From: Glaucostegus cemiculus
Taxonomy: Eukaryota
Assembly: GCA_976551045.1 (NCBI GenBank)
Contig: CDPCPM010000278.1
Span: forward strand, 2,728,001 to 2,792,000
Direction of reading: 5' to 3'
DNA length: 64,000 nt
The position numbers were made by a program, and so were the translations under genes. The notes below the pieces were generated by a model. The model was not told where the DNA came from. It saw only the letters and a program-made list of their open reading frames with translations, and ran no database searches. Positions 51,481 to 64,000 of this stretch are shown one piece after another; the stretch's first letter is position 1, and every line of letters begins with the position of its first letter.

Positions 51481-52099
51481 ACATTTTAAAAAATGTGTTG
51501 ACTTTTTACAAAATTTTCATTGTTTCTAAAACACTATGGACTTTATGAAAGGGGCATGGAAGGTAAGGTATAATTGCAAGTTATTTTTTCAAAAATGTGT
51601 GCAATTAATTCATTATCCAAAAATACCATAACTCTTCACTGAGCACCAGTAAATTGGTATAAAAGATAATTATAAGTAGCTGGCTGCAGTATAAGGCAAT
51701 GATGCATGATTTCAGCATGAGGTTCCTGCAGAAAGGCTTACAAGATATTCTTGTAATAAGGTCTGTTCTTTTTTTAAAAAAATCTTCTCAAGAGAATATA
51801 CAGTACTTCTTAAAAGTTCCTGTTTTCGGAGTTATCTTAGCTTTTTTGTAAAAGTAAAAATTGAAAAGGAAGCAGATGTTCAAAGGCCAGCGAATGAGTT
51901 GTAATTGCATAACCATCTGTTGAGATATGCAGAATGGAAGTTTGACAGGTGGAAATTGGCCCTTAGTTGTTCCCTTTCCAGTATACTATTCCTCCTTTAA
52001 CCATCACCAAATGCAAAGCTGTCTAGCCTGGTGGAATTAAAATTGGCAAGTTTAACCAGAGCAGTTTATGCCGGAGAATTACTTCCACTACTGTAGGAT

Positions 52100-52945
52100 A
52101 CTGCTCTGGGTCCACATTAAAAAGCAGAGCCAAAACAGTAACAATCTCTGGATTACTACCTGACTACATGTGCAACTTGGCATGGAGTCAGTGATATCAG
52201 AACATGGTGGTCCAAAGATTGGTGAAGGAGAAATGGATTTCAGTTCATGGGGAGTTGATGCTAGTACTGGAGAGAGAGAGAACTGTTCCATTAGAAGGGG
52301 ATTCACTTGAAAAAGAGAGGCCCAGTGTCCTGCCAAATGGTATAACCAGAGCCAATAGATAAAGCTTAAAACTAAACAGTTGGTGGGATTGATGGGTGTA
52401 GGGGGAGTGCTTTAAGGGTTTTGGTGATGGAAAACTTATCAAGTTAAAGGCTACATCAAAGCAAAATGGGTAATGATAACCAGAGTCTGCCAGGAGGGAA
52501 AGAGTATACAAATATAAGAATTTACCTCCAATTAATATCAGAGCAGGGAATAATGTTAAAAGAACAGAACTGACAACTTTTTATCTGGCTGCATGCAGCA
52601 TTCATCATAAGCTGGATAATTTAATGCCACAAATAAAAAGAAACACGTACGATCAAATTTAAAATCAAAATGCGTACCAATTAATAGCCATTAGGGAGAT
52701 CTGGTTACAAAGTGATCAATGTTAGAAGTTAAATACATCAGAATACTAAACCTTTAAAAGTGATAGACAAAATGGAAAAAAAGAGGAGGGATAGTCTTGT
52801 TTATTAGGATCGGATAAAGCTATTGGAGGGAAAAGATTTTAGCACAGAAAATCAAGTAGAATTAATGTGGATAGAGTTAAGAAGCAATAAGGGGCAGAAA
52901 ACATTTATGAGCATGGTCTATAGGGCCCCAAGTATTAGAGGTAAT
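52100..52945 (+). mobile_element. CR1 LINE 5' remnant: ORF1 esterase (SGNH-like) end and ORF2 endonuclease start
   Basis: About 52236-52335 translates GFQFMGS*C*YWRERELFH*KGIHL, resembling the CR1 ORF1 D-G-x-H-L motif. ORF 52823-53083 begins VELMWIELRSNKGQKTFMSMVYRAP (endonuclease). Confidence 0.6.
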
Positions 52946-53169
52946 CTTTTTCCCTGCTTCTTCTTAGGCAGTCCCTTGGTATTGAGGATCACTTACTTCC
53001 ACTCCAGTTCTGTGGGGTCTGAGTTGACTAATGAAGCTCAGATTAGAACTGCAGACTCTTTCACAGATGGGGCAGGTGTTTAACACTGGGTACTTTATGG
53101 GGTGGTCTGCTCCTTCTGCCACTTACCCAGGACCTTAAGATTCCCAGCTTCTTAATAGATCTCTTAAAT

Positions 53170-54920
53170 GATCTTAAATGATATTAAATCACATTGTCTG
53201 TCACAATTTCAGGGGATATATGCTTAGCCTTTCCTCATAAGATAAACCACCATTTCCAGTAAACCCCATCTGTATTGTGTCCAGTGTAATAATACCGTTC
53301 TTTAAATAAGGAAGCCAATAGTGTACACAGTATTACAGATGTGGTATCACAATAAGTTTTATACCTGAAGCAAAACCTCCCACTACTTTTGTATGCATTT
53401 CCCCTTGCAATAAAAGACAATGTTCTGTTAGCTTTCCTAATTACTTGCTATGCCTGCATATTAGCCTTTTGTGAATCATACACTAGAAAATTCACATCTC
53501 CTTGCACGTCAGAGCTCTTCAATCTCTCACCATTCAGGTAAGATGCTTCTATTTTAGTATTCCTTACATTTTCCCACATCTTTCAATTCTCTGAAAGTGG
53601 AGACACAAGTTGACAAAATGATGAAGAAAGCATATGGCATGCTTGACTTCATTGGATGGGCTACTGAGTACAAGAGTTGGGATGTCATGTTAGAATTGTA
53701 CAGGATGTTGGTGGGACCACACCTGGAATATTGTGTGCATCTTTGGTTGCTATACTATAGTAAGGATGTGATTAAGCTAGAGAGGGTACAGAAAAGATTC
53801 AGAAGGATATTGCCAGAAAGCTGAGACTGCTTTCCCTGGAGCAAATGAGGCTGATGGGTAACCTTATAGAGGTTTGTAAAATCACAAGGGACAAGGTTGA
53901 TAGGCACAGTCTTTTTCCCAGGGCAGGGGAGTCTAAAACTAGAAGGCATAGGTTTAAAATGAGACGGGAAAGATTTAAAGAGACCTCAGGGGCAAGTTTT
54001 TCACACAGAGAGTGGTGAGTATATGGAATGAGCCACCAGAGGAAGTTATAGAGGTGGGTATGATTACAACATTAAAAGACATTTAGACAGGTTCATTGTT
54101 AGAAAGGGTTTAGATGGATATGGGTAAAATGCAGGCAAACGGGACTAGGTCAGAAAGGCACCTTGGTTAGCATGGATTTGTTTCTGTGCCATTATCTCCA
54201 TATGCCATTTGCCAGATCTTTACCCATGTGCTTAATCTGTAATCCCTTTGTAACCTACTTTTGTTCACTTCACAATTTACTTTCCTACCTATCTGTGCAT
54301 CATCTGCAACCATATCATGGGTGCCTTGATAGAAGTCATTTATATAAATTTTACATAATTGAGGCCTTGGCACTAATCTCTGTGACATACCTCTTGCAGA
54401 TCAGAAAAAGACCAATTTTAACCTACTCTCTGTTTCCTGTTAGCCAGACAATCTTCTATGCATGCCAATATGTTACTTCCTGTTCCCGTAAGCTTTTGTT
54501 CTCTGCAATAATCTTCAACGTGGCACCTTATTAAATGCCTTATTTAGATCCTAATACATCCACTAATCCCCCCTTATCCAGATCAGATGCCACTTCTTCG
54601 AAGATCTCCATACATGATTTCTCTTTTACAAAATCATGTTGATTTTGCCTGATTCTTTGAAAGTTTAAAGTATCCTGCTATAAAGTCTTTAATATTAGCT
54701 TCTAATATTTTCTCTACAACAGATATTAAGCTAACTAGCCTGTATGGCTGGCTTCTGTCTTCCTCTCTTTTTAAATAAAGGAGTTACCTTTACAGTTTTC
54801 CAGTTTAATGGAACTTTCCCCGAATTTGGGGGATTTTAGAAGATTGAAACCAATGCTTAACTATCTCACTTGCCACTTCCTTTTAAACTCCAGAATAAAG
54901 CCTATTAGGACCCAAGAACA
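53170..54920. mobile_element. Minus-strand CR1 interrupted by a plus-strand CR1 3' fragment (about 53590-54195)
   Basis: Plus ORF 53597-53824 KKAYGMLDFIG...VGPHLEYCVHLW. Minus ORF 54167-54388 IYINDF...VADDAQIG. Confidence 0.75.
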
Positions 54921-56099
54921 ATTTGTTGAGGCAACATGCATGAAGTGATCTCCGAATACCCTTTTACTGCATTATATTAAAAGGTCCATTTTCCAGTGAA
55001 ATGCACTGTGGTTTCTTGTGGTTGGAAATTCCCAATTTAGCATCAAAATAAGACAATTGGATGCAGAAAACTGTTTCACTTCCATCTGGCAATCCTTTCA
55101 GTGCCATCTGGCAAGGATGCATTCAACCCTTCCAGATGCTGCTTTCAACTTACCACTTAAACTCAGAATCACCAGAAAAATATTGCATTAGAATTAATGA
55201 ACAGTTCTGCTCTTTTATTGCTTAACAGTATTTGTTATTCTAAAATGGAATGTTCTTGAGGTTTGAATTGAATTACATTCTTTGACTGTGAGTGGGTTAC
55301 ATGCAGCTAAGGAGAACATTATCACATTTGGATCAGCTATAATAGATACACAGAGTTCTCCAGCATTATACTGCAGAGGAACAGTCTGTAGTATGATAGA
55401 ATGTATTGCAAAATATCTTAAGAATGCAGAACCAGAAAAGGTGCATTCATGCTTTCTGCAGATTCTTTCTCCCCTTAACACATTTTGTTCTTTTCCCTGT
55501 ACTGATGGTCTTGGGGGCAGATTATCAGCATCTCCCTACAAAGACACAAGATAAACAGCTACCTTGCCTTTCCCAGCAGGAGATTTGGCTTCAGGTCCTG
55601 AGTGGGCACTTCAGGTATGAGTAATGGGCATCAAATGGGCACCTAGCTGCCCCTTAAAGGAGAGCAGAGCATCCACTTGCCCCTACACCAATCAGGGGCT
55701 AAGCCAATGGATGGTTAAGGTGTAGTAACACAATTCTGATTCCATTAAGAGCCACTTGTCAGGTACAAATGGGCCAAGCATGTCTTGTGTGGGCTCTACT
55801 GATTGCAAGTTAGAATTTATTGTCCATTCCTGAATTGAAGAGATAGTTAAGACTCAACTAAGTTGGTGGATCTGGAATCTCACATAGGTCAGTCTGGATA
55901 CAGATGGCATATTTCCTACTAGATGGTTCTTACAGAAATCCAGTCTGCCTCTGGCTCGGTACAAAGTGGATCCCATGTTAGCACACAGCAGAGCACGGGT
56001 CATTCTTGGGTTTGTTATTGATGTTTTCTGACCAACCTGTCAACCTTGGTACCGGCTCTACATGAGTTGTTGCGACCAGAGGTCAGATGGAATTGGTTG

Positions 56100-57180
56100 C
56101 AGTGTTGTGGAGGTACATCAGCAATGTAAACACGAAGTTTTGAATAGCAAGTTGCTATCACACTATGCTTCAGAGAAGACTTCAGAGTCTTCCTTGTGAA
56201 GCATCCTCATATGGAGTCAATGTGATCATTTTACATGTATCACTTTCAGTGTCAACCACCCAATTGCTTTCACTTCTAGGACTTTAATACCAAGTAATTG
56301 AAATTATGCTCAAATTGAAAAAGAAGCACTGAGCATAATCTTTGAGGCCAAGACATTTTGTGAATATTTGCATGGTTGACAATTCAGCTTGCTGACAGGT
56401 CACAAAACTCTGTTGACCATCTTTGAACCAAGTCAGCAATAAGAATCCTTGCAGCATTGAGAGTGCAATGTTGGGCCTCATCCCTGTTAACCTGTGACTA
56501 AGAAATAGGGTACACATACAGTATTTTCAGGACCACACAAAGGCAGCACCTTCCAAAGTCACATCGGAAGTGACGAGGCTGGAGCAATAGTTCAAGAATT
56601 GAATATTGGGATCTACCTATGCCTTCAAACAATATTTCTGAAGAAATAAGAATGGATCCTGTCCTTCAAATATTTTAGACTTAATTTCGACATGCAGGCC
56701 CAACTTCCCAAGAGATGCAATACTGCTTCCTTCCTTCGATAAAAAGGACCAGCTATCCACAAATCAAGACTGTATTCTCTGGGGTTTCTGAGTTGTTATA
56801 CTGCCAATATTCAGGAAACAGTTACAGGCTGACAGATAGTAGAGTCACCCAGGCATTTCTCACATGAGGACCTTGGACTGGAGTAACCTCTGGAGGCCAG
56901 GTCAGGATCAAGATATGGTATCAGTGTGTGCAGTGAGAAGCTGTTCAAAATCAGCCTGTCCCTGCACTTGAATACTACATCATAGGACTATATTCATATG
57001 AACTACATTGAAATGGGCAAACAGCATTTTCTGGTTGTGATTGTCATAGTGGCTGGAAGTGCTTCTCACTTTACTGAACACTACTGGTGGGACTATGAAT
57101 CTTCTGAAGCACGTCCTTGCATCTGCGGCAGTAAATGTGCTCAGTATACTGAAAACAAATTTGAGCTCCCACTGTTGTAG
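56100..57180 (+). mobile_element. Decayed Gypsy/Ty3 LTR-retrotransposon pol (RNase H, integrase zinc-binding and core start)
   Basis: 56260-56424 translates PIAFTSRTLIPSN*NYAQIEKEALSIIFEAKTFCEYLHG*QFSLLTGHKTLLTIF (Ty3 RNase H: PIAFASRTL...NYAQIEKEAL...TDHKPL). About 56750-56920 gives CILWGF*VVILP...SHPGISHMRTL...W.PG.DQDM (integrase H2C2 region). About 56990-57060 gives IHMNY...FLVVI. Confidence 0.85.
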
Positions 57181-57184
57181 ATAC

Positions 57185-57985
57185 TGTAGAAGGTTGCAGT
57201 AGGTTACAACAGGACATTGATAGGATGAAGAGCTAGGCTGAGAAGTGGCAGATGGACTTCAATCTGGAAAAGTGTGAAGTGATACACTTGAGAAGATCAA
57301 ATTTGAAGGCAGAATGCAAGGTTAATGGCAGGACTCTTAACAGTGTGGAGGAACAGAGGGATCTTGGGGTCCATATCTATAGATCCCTCAAGGTTGCCGC
57401 GCAAGTTGATAGAGTTGTTAAGAAGGCGTATGGTATGTTGGCCTTCATTAGTCGGAGTATTGAGTTTCAGTGCCGTGAGGTAATGCTGCAGCTCTGTAGA
57501 ACACACTTGGAGTATTGTGTTCAGTTCTGGTCACCTCATTATAGAAAGGATGGGGAAAATTTAGAGAAGGTGCAGAGGAGATTTACCAGGATGCTGCCTG
57601 GATTGGAGAGTGAACAAGTTGAGTGAGCCGGGGCTTATCTCTTTGGAGCAAAGGAGGATGAGAAGTGACTGAATTGAGGTGGACTGGATCGACTGGACAG
57701 GCAGGCATTTTCCCAGGGTGAAAATGGCTAACATGAAGGGACATAATTTTAAGGTGATTGGCGGAAGGTATAAGGGGGATGCCAGAGGTAGGCTTTTTAC
57801 ACAGAGAGTGGTGAGTGCGTGGAATGCACTGGTGGCAGAGGTGGTAGAGGCAGATACATAAGGGACATTAAAGAGACTCTTAGATAGCCACATGAATGAT
57901 AGAAAAATGGAGGGGTATGTGGGAGTGAAGGGTTAGATATATCTTAGAGTAGGATAAAATGTTGGCACATTTGTGTTGTACTGTG
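57185..57985 (+). mobile_element. CR1 LINE 3' part
   Basis: ORF 57252-57626 FNLEKCEVIHL...EQRDLGV...[16 protein letters not shown] and ORF 57679-57861. Ends in the (TGTTC)-type tail. Confidence 0.9.
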
Positions 57986-58199
57986 CTGTTGTGTTCTATG
58001 TTTTTCCAAAGGCTTTTGTCACCAAAGCACCAAACCCCCACTGAATGACTACCGAACTTTCACCTATAATGCCCTTTACCAAAATGACCAATCGGAGAAA
58101 AACACTTGGAAGTACAGAACTGTGAGGTAGAGAACCAAAGGGATCATGGTTCATCCACCCTCACTTATCTTCATGTTGTTCTGGAAAGTTCCACCTTAA

Positions 58200-59415
58200 T
58201 TGACCTCAGTGGAGGAGTCTAGAACTGGATGGCACAGGTTTAACATGAGAAGGGAGAGATTTAAAGGAGATCTGAGGGGTAAGTTTTTCACGCAGGGAAT
58301 GATGGTTATCTTGAACAAGCTGCCAAAGGAGCTGGTAAAGATAGATGTAATTACGATATTTAAAAGGCATTTGGATAGGTACTTGGGTAGGAAGGGTGTA
58401 GAGGGATTTGTGCCTAATGCAGGCTAATGGGACTAGTGGAGATAGGCCTCATAGTTAGTATGGAAGAGGTGGGCCAAAAGGGCCCATTTCTGTGCTATGA
58501 TTCCATGGTTCTTTGCAGAAGTAACAAATGCTATGGATAAAGAGGAACTGGTAGATATTCTAACATATCCAGAGGCTTTTGATAAGGTGCCACATCAAAG
58601 ATAATTGTGGAAAATGAAAGCTTATATGAGAGGTGAGATATTTGCATGGAGATAAGATTGGCAGGCAAACAGGAATCAGGAAGTAGGCACAATGGGTCTT
58701 TTTTTAGTTGGCAAAATGTAATGAGTGGTGTGGCACAGTGATTTGGTTGAAAGTACCAACGATATGATTGCTAAGTTTGTTGGTGAAACAAAGATAAGTA
58801 AGAAAGTAAATTGGGGATGGTAAAAGAATATAGATAAGTGAGTGGGCTAAGATCTGACAGGTGAAGTATAATGTGGGGAAAAGTGAAACTATCCATGTTA
58901 TCTTTATGACTCTCATTAAATGGTAGAAGTTAGAATTCAAGGTCCATCCTGGAACTGTAGGGCTATGTGGTTTACTCCTGCAGTATCATGTCCTCTGTGT
59001 GTAAGCTGCTGGAATCTGGTATTAGAACGAAAAAAGAGACTGGACCCTAATGTACAACAATTGATTGAAGAGAGTTAGCCTGAATTTGTGAAGAACAGTC
59101 TTGTCTGCCTTTCAACTGAATCTTTGAAAGAATTTGGTGAAGGGGATGTCTATGGATAGAGTGTATATAGACTTCCAGATAGTATTTGACAAGGTCGCAT
59201 GCAAGAAATTATCAGCAAAAACAAAATAGCACAGAACTGGAAGAAACCTTCCAGTGGGTTGGAAGTTGATTGAAAACCAGAAGATATGAATAAATAGAAA
59301 TTGCTTTGATTAGTGGCTGGGACATGTGTGTCCTCCTGGGATCTGGAGTATATACCATCTTTATCAATGGCATGGGTAAAGAAACAGGGGAGCTGTTCAT
59401 CTAAGTTTGCTGATG
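58200..59415 (+). mobile_element. CR1 fragments (3' end 58200-58510 and older RT pieces)
   Basis: ORF 58200-58427 HRFNMRRERFKGDLRGKFFTQ. GCTTTTGATAAGGTGCCACAT (AFDKVPH) near 58575. AAGTTTGCTGATG (KFAD) at 59403-59415. Confidence 0.7.
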
Positions 59416-62186
59416 GAGTGTGGAGCCATGAAGATGGGTGAGGTCTTAAATAAATACTTATCGTCTGTATTTACTTTGGAGAAGGCCATGAAAGCTAGGG
59501 AATTCAGTGAAGAGAACAGTGTTGTTCTGAAACATATGGATATTACAGAAGAGGAGATGTTGGTGATCTTGAGGCACATAAAGGTGGATATACCCATAGG
59601 ACCAGACCAAGTGTATCCTAGGATGCTGTGGGGAGCAAAGGAAGAAATCATAGGGGACCTGCCAGAGGTTTTTTGTATCTCCTTTCACCATGGGTGAAGT
59701 ACCAGAAGACTGGAGGGTGGTGAATGTTGTGCCTTTATTTAAGAAGGGCTGCATGAACAAGATTGCTGAACCTACCGCCAATGGTGGGAAGGTTACTGGA
59801 GGGGATTCTGAAAGATAGGATCTATCTGCATTTGGAAAGGCAAGCGATGATTGTGGATAGTCCACCTAGCTTTGTGAGTGGGAAATTGTATCTCAGGAAT
59901 TTGATTATTTCAAAGAGGTAACCAAGAGCATTGATGATGGCAGGGAAGTAGGGGTTGTCCACATGGACTTTAACAAGGCTCTTCACGAGTTTTTGCATGG
60001 TAGACTGGTCCGGAAAGTGAGATCACACGGGATCCAGGGTAAGCTAGCCAATTGGATACAAAATTGGCTTGGTAGAAGAATTCAGCGGGCAGTAGTGAAG
60101 GGTTGTTTCTCAGATCAAAGTCCTGTGACTTGTGAAATGCAACATGATGCATTTCACAAGATTAAACCAGGGCAGGATGTAGACAGTGAATGACAGGGCC
60201 TTGAAGTGTTATAGAACGGTGTTATAACGGTGTTATAGAGCTATGTACCCCTGTGGAGGTAGTTGGTTCCCTGAAAGTGGTGACACAGATAGACAGGGTG
60301 GTGAAGATGGCATATGGCATGCTTGCCTTCATTGAACAAGGCATTGAATAAACAGTTTGGACATCATGTTACATTGTTCAGACTGCATTTGGAATACTGT
60401 GTACAGTTTTGGTCACCATACTGTAGGAAGGATGTGATTAAGCCAGAGAGGGTACAGAGATGTTGCCTGGACTGGAGGATTTGAGTTATAAGGAGAGACC
60501 GGATAAGCTGGGACTCTTTTTCCTGGAGCGAAGGAGACTGAGGGGTGGTGTTATAGAGGTGTATAAAATCATGAAGGGCATATTGTAGATAGGGTGGATG
60601 GTCACAGACTTTTTCCCAGGGTAGGGGAGTATAAAACCAGAGGGCATAGGTTTAAGGAGAGAGGGAAAATATATAAATGGGACTTAAAGGGCAGATTTTT
60701 CGTACAAAGCGCGGTGAGTATATGGAACAGGCTGCCAGAGGAAGTGGTTGAGGTAGGTACAAACATAATGTTTAAAAGACATTTGGATAGGTTCATGGAT
60801 AGGAAAAGTTTAGAGGGATTTAGGCTAAATGCAGGCAAATGTGACTTTGGTATTTGTTTATTATTGTCACTTGTACTGAGGTACAGTGATAAACTTGTCT
60901 TGCATACTGTTCGTACAGATCAATTCATTACACAGCGCATTGAAGTAGTACAGGGTAAAAAAAAAACAGAATACAGAGCTACAGAGTAAAGTGTCACAGC
61001 TACAGGGAAGTGCACTGCAGGTAGACAATAAGGTGCAAGGTCAAACAAGGTAGATTGTGAGGTCAAGAGTCCATCTCATTGTATAAGGGAACCCTCCAAT
61101 AGACTTATCACTGTGGGATAGAAGCTGTCCTTGAGCCTGGTGGTATGTGCCCTCAGGCTCCTGTATCTTCTGCCTGATGGAAGAAGAGAGAAGAGAGAAT
61201 GACCCAGGTGGGTGGGGTCTTTGATTATGCTTCACCAAGGCAGCGAGAGGTATAGACAGAGTCCATGAAGGGGAGGCTGGTTTCTATGATGTGCAGGGCT
61301 GTGTCCACACTCTCTGCAGTTTCTTGCGGTCATGGGCAGAGCAGTTGCCATACCAAGTCATGATGCATCCAGATAGGATGCTTTCTATGGTGCATCAATA
61401 AAAGTTGGTGTTTGTCAAAGGGAACAAACCAAATTTCTTTAGCCTCCTGAGGAAGTAGAGGTGCTAGTGAGCTTTCTTGGCCATGGTGTTTATGTCGTTG
61501 GACCAGGACAGGCTATTGGTAATGTTCACTCCTAGGAACTTGAAGCTCTCAACCCTCTCGACCTCAGCACCATTGATGTAGATAGGTGCATATGAACCTC
61601 CCCTTTTCCTAAAGTCAATAACCAGCTCTTTTGTTTTGCTGACATTGAAGGAAAGCTGGTTGTCATGACACTATGTCACTAAGCTCTCTACTTCCTTCCT
61701 GTGCTCTGACTCATCATTATTTGAGATACGGCCTACTATGGTTGTATCATCTGCAAACTTGTAGATGGAGTTAGAGCAGAATCTGCCACACAGTCATGAG
61801 TATATAAGGAGCAGAGTAGAGGGCTGAGGATGCAGCCTTGTGGGGCACCAGTGTTGAGAATAATCATGCTGGAGGTGTTGCTACCTATCCTCACTGATTG
61901 CAGTCTGTTGGTCAGAAAGTCAAGGATCCAGTTATAGAGGAAGGTGTTGAGTCCCAGGTCTTGGAGTTTGGTGATGAGTTTGTTTGGGATTATAGAATTG
62001 AAGGCTGAGATGTAGTCAATAAACAATAGTCCAGTGTAGGTGTTTTGACTGTCCATATGCTTCAGAGATGAGTGTAGGGCCAAGGAGATGGCATCCACTG
62101 ATGACTTGCTCAGGAAGGCAGCTTGGTCAGCATGGATGAGTTGGGCTGAAGGGCCTGTTTCCTTGCTGTGTAACTCTATGACTCTA
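59416..62186 (+). mobile_element. CR1 LINE (RT to 3' tail), itself interrupted by a Rex1-type element
   Basis: ORFs 59407-59697, 59963-60193 (MDFNKAL..HGRLVRKVRSHGIQG..WIQNWL) and 60594-60989. The tail resumes at about 62102-62186 with (CTCTATGA)n. Confidence 0.85.
60848..62101 (-). mobile_element. Rex1/Babar-type LINE, RT to 3' end, with 6-bp TSD
   Basis: ORF 61736-62323 LLFIDYISAFNSIIP...WILDFLTNRLQSV...TGAPQGCILSPLL..LYTHDC. TGACTT flanks both ends (60842-60847, 62102-62107). Confidence 0.88.
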
Positions 62187-63384
62187 TGATGACACTGGAC
62201 TGAGAGACACAATAAATTGTGAAGATATAAACAGGAATTTACAAAGGAACACAAACAAATGACTGGAAGAAACAGAAGCAAATAAAGTTGAGGGGAAGGT
62301 GAATTTGAGTTCCAAAAACTCAATTGTGAGGATGTGTGGGCTCACCCACTCTGAATTCCGGGAAAATATGTCAAAGCATATTCTTAATAGCTGAAAATCT
62401 AGGAACAGTGGAGGAGCAAAGAGATTAGGTTTAGGTCAGCAGTGTATCGAGTTGATTTGAAAACAATAGTTCTGTTGTCTTGGGTAATATTGGTTTGCAA
62501 CAAGCTGTGACTATACTTGGAAAAGTAAGCTGCCGGAACACAATGATCTTGTATCCACTGAAATGTCACTAATCAGCAGCCTGTTTCACTGTTACCAGCA
62601 GCTTCACCAAGGACCTTTTGCAGAAAGGTTCCTCCCACTGCTCCACAAGCCCATTCGGACCATAAGATCTGTGCTGAGTTTGGAGATGTCAGGTGCTATA
62701 ACTGTTACAATTTATGAATTATCTTTGAAATGGAGCCATGCATCTTTCCAAAAACAAGGAATGTATCTCCCCAGGGTCCCACAAACAGCAATAGGCAAAT
62801 CAACCGATATGTGATGGTGATTGTTGAGAGAAAATTCTGACTAGAACGATTCTTATATCTTATATCAATATCTTATATCTCCTCCTTCAGCTTCAGTGCT
62901 ATTGAGCTTTTCAGGAGACCAAAGGCTCAGTTTTAATGTCTCAACCAAATAGTCCTTCACAATGCTGAACTGAAGTCCCACCCTATGTTACAGGCTCAAG
63001 TCTACAGTGGAGTTTGTGACCATAACCTTCTGCTCAGAGGCAAGAGTGATAACATATTCCTAAATGATCATCTTTAGCAGTGAAACAATCTGTTTTAAGG
63101 ATGATTTCCTTTTCAAACAGGTTTATTTTTGAGCCAGTGGTGATGCAGAATAGAGAGGAATGGCCTGGAAGAGCCTGTTTTTGGCAGAGAGCTTTACTAG
63201 TTTCAAAATTCAGCAATTAGGAGCAGGTTAGGAAAGGCAACTAATGATAGACCTGAAAATGTAAATCTGAAAGTTGAGGAGTCATGTTAGAAAACAGGAT
63301 AATAATGGCAGAATGTTCTGCAGTGGGAGGTGGGAGAGAAGGCACACACAGCTGTTTAGACTCAGAGGAAGTGCCATTCATCTT

Positions 63385-64000
63385 AGAGTCATAGTGTCAT
63401 GGAATCATAGAGACTTGATAGCATAATTCAGCACAGAATTACACCATTTGGCCCACTATGTCCATGCCGTCCTTCAAGTACCCATCTATACTAAACCCAT
63501 TTGCCCACACTTGGTCTAAAACCTTCTATGTCTTGGTGATTCCAATGCTTGTCTAGATAATTGTGAGAGTTCTAGCCTCCACCATCCCCTTATGCAGTGT
63601 GTTCCAAAAATAATTTTCCTTTTATCCCTCCTAAACCTCTTACCTTAAAACTATGTACATAGAACATAGAAGAGTACAGCACAAGAACATGCCCTTTGGC
63701 CACAATGTTGTTCAGAACCAATTACATTAGTAATAAAATGCCTAATTAAACTAATTCCTTCTGCCTACACAATGTCCATATCCTACCAATTCCCTCATAT
63801 TCATGTGCCAATCTAAGAGCTTCTTGAACACTTCTATCGTATTTGCCTCCACCACCTCCCCAGGCAGTGCATTCCAGGCACCCACCACTCTCTGTGTTTT
63901 AAAAACAAAACAATTTGCCCCACATGTCTCCTTTGAATTTTCACCCTCTCACCTTAAATCCATGCCCTCTGATAATAGACATTTCAACCCTGGGGGAGAA
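63385..64000 (-). mobile_element. Two CR1 3' ends, the second running off the window edge
   Basis: Tails AGTCATAG... (about 63385) and ACATAGAACATAGAA (about 63657), each followed by reverse-oriented CR1 3' sequence. Confidence 0.8.

Noticed and set aside
55480-55625. Possible plus-strand exon (pyrimidine tract ... CAG|GTATGA)
   Set aside because: No recognisable protein similarity, no partner exons and an ambiguous acceptor; cannot be supported without transcripts.
60205-60240. Short tandem repeats (GTGTTATA units here; TCTTAAATGA at about 53160; (TC)n at about 12600) as CRISPR-like or functional arrays
   Set aside because: Two to three units of slippage duplication with no spacers, in a eukaryotic repeat context.

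Overview
Vertebrate genomic DNA. The repeat content (CR1/HER1-type LINEs, V-SINEs, Deu-domain SINEs, Penelope, Rex1/Babar, RTE) points to a cartilaginous fish, probably a batoid; this is inference. The only host gene I can support is the 5' part of PTPN11 (SHP2) on the minus strand. Coding exons 1-4 (19625-19612, 15718-15596, 14103-13909, 8009-7817; 14+123+195+193 = 525 nt, codons 1-175) encode N-SH2 and part of C-SH2, with GT-AG junctions and a CpG-island promoter at about 19.5-20.0 kb. The gene continues off the left edge. The rest is intronic or intergenic and dominated by transposon remnants, often nested: CR1, L2-like, RTE, Rex1/Babar, a young 5'-truncated L1 with a 12-bp TSD, a decayed Gypsy pol, Penelope ends and SINEs. 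The most notable observations are an inverted pair of decayed minimal hammerhead-ribozyme motifs from a Penelope-type element just upstream of the promoter, an upstream ORF overlapping the PTPN11 start codon (AUGA) plus an in-frame upstream ATG, a strong 'poison' alternative donor 30 nt past exon 2, and a V-SINE that appears to have swapped to a Rex1-type 3' tail. I found no convincing wholly new system. Repeat boundaries are approximate (tens of bp) unless TSDs are given.
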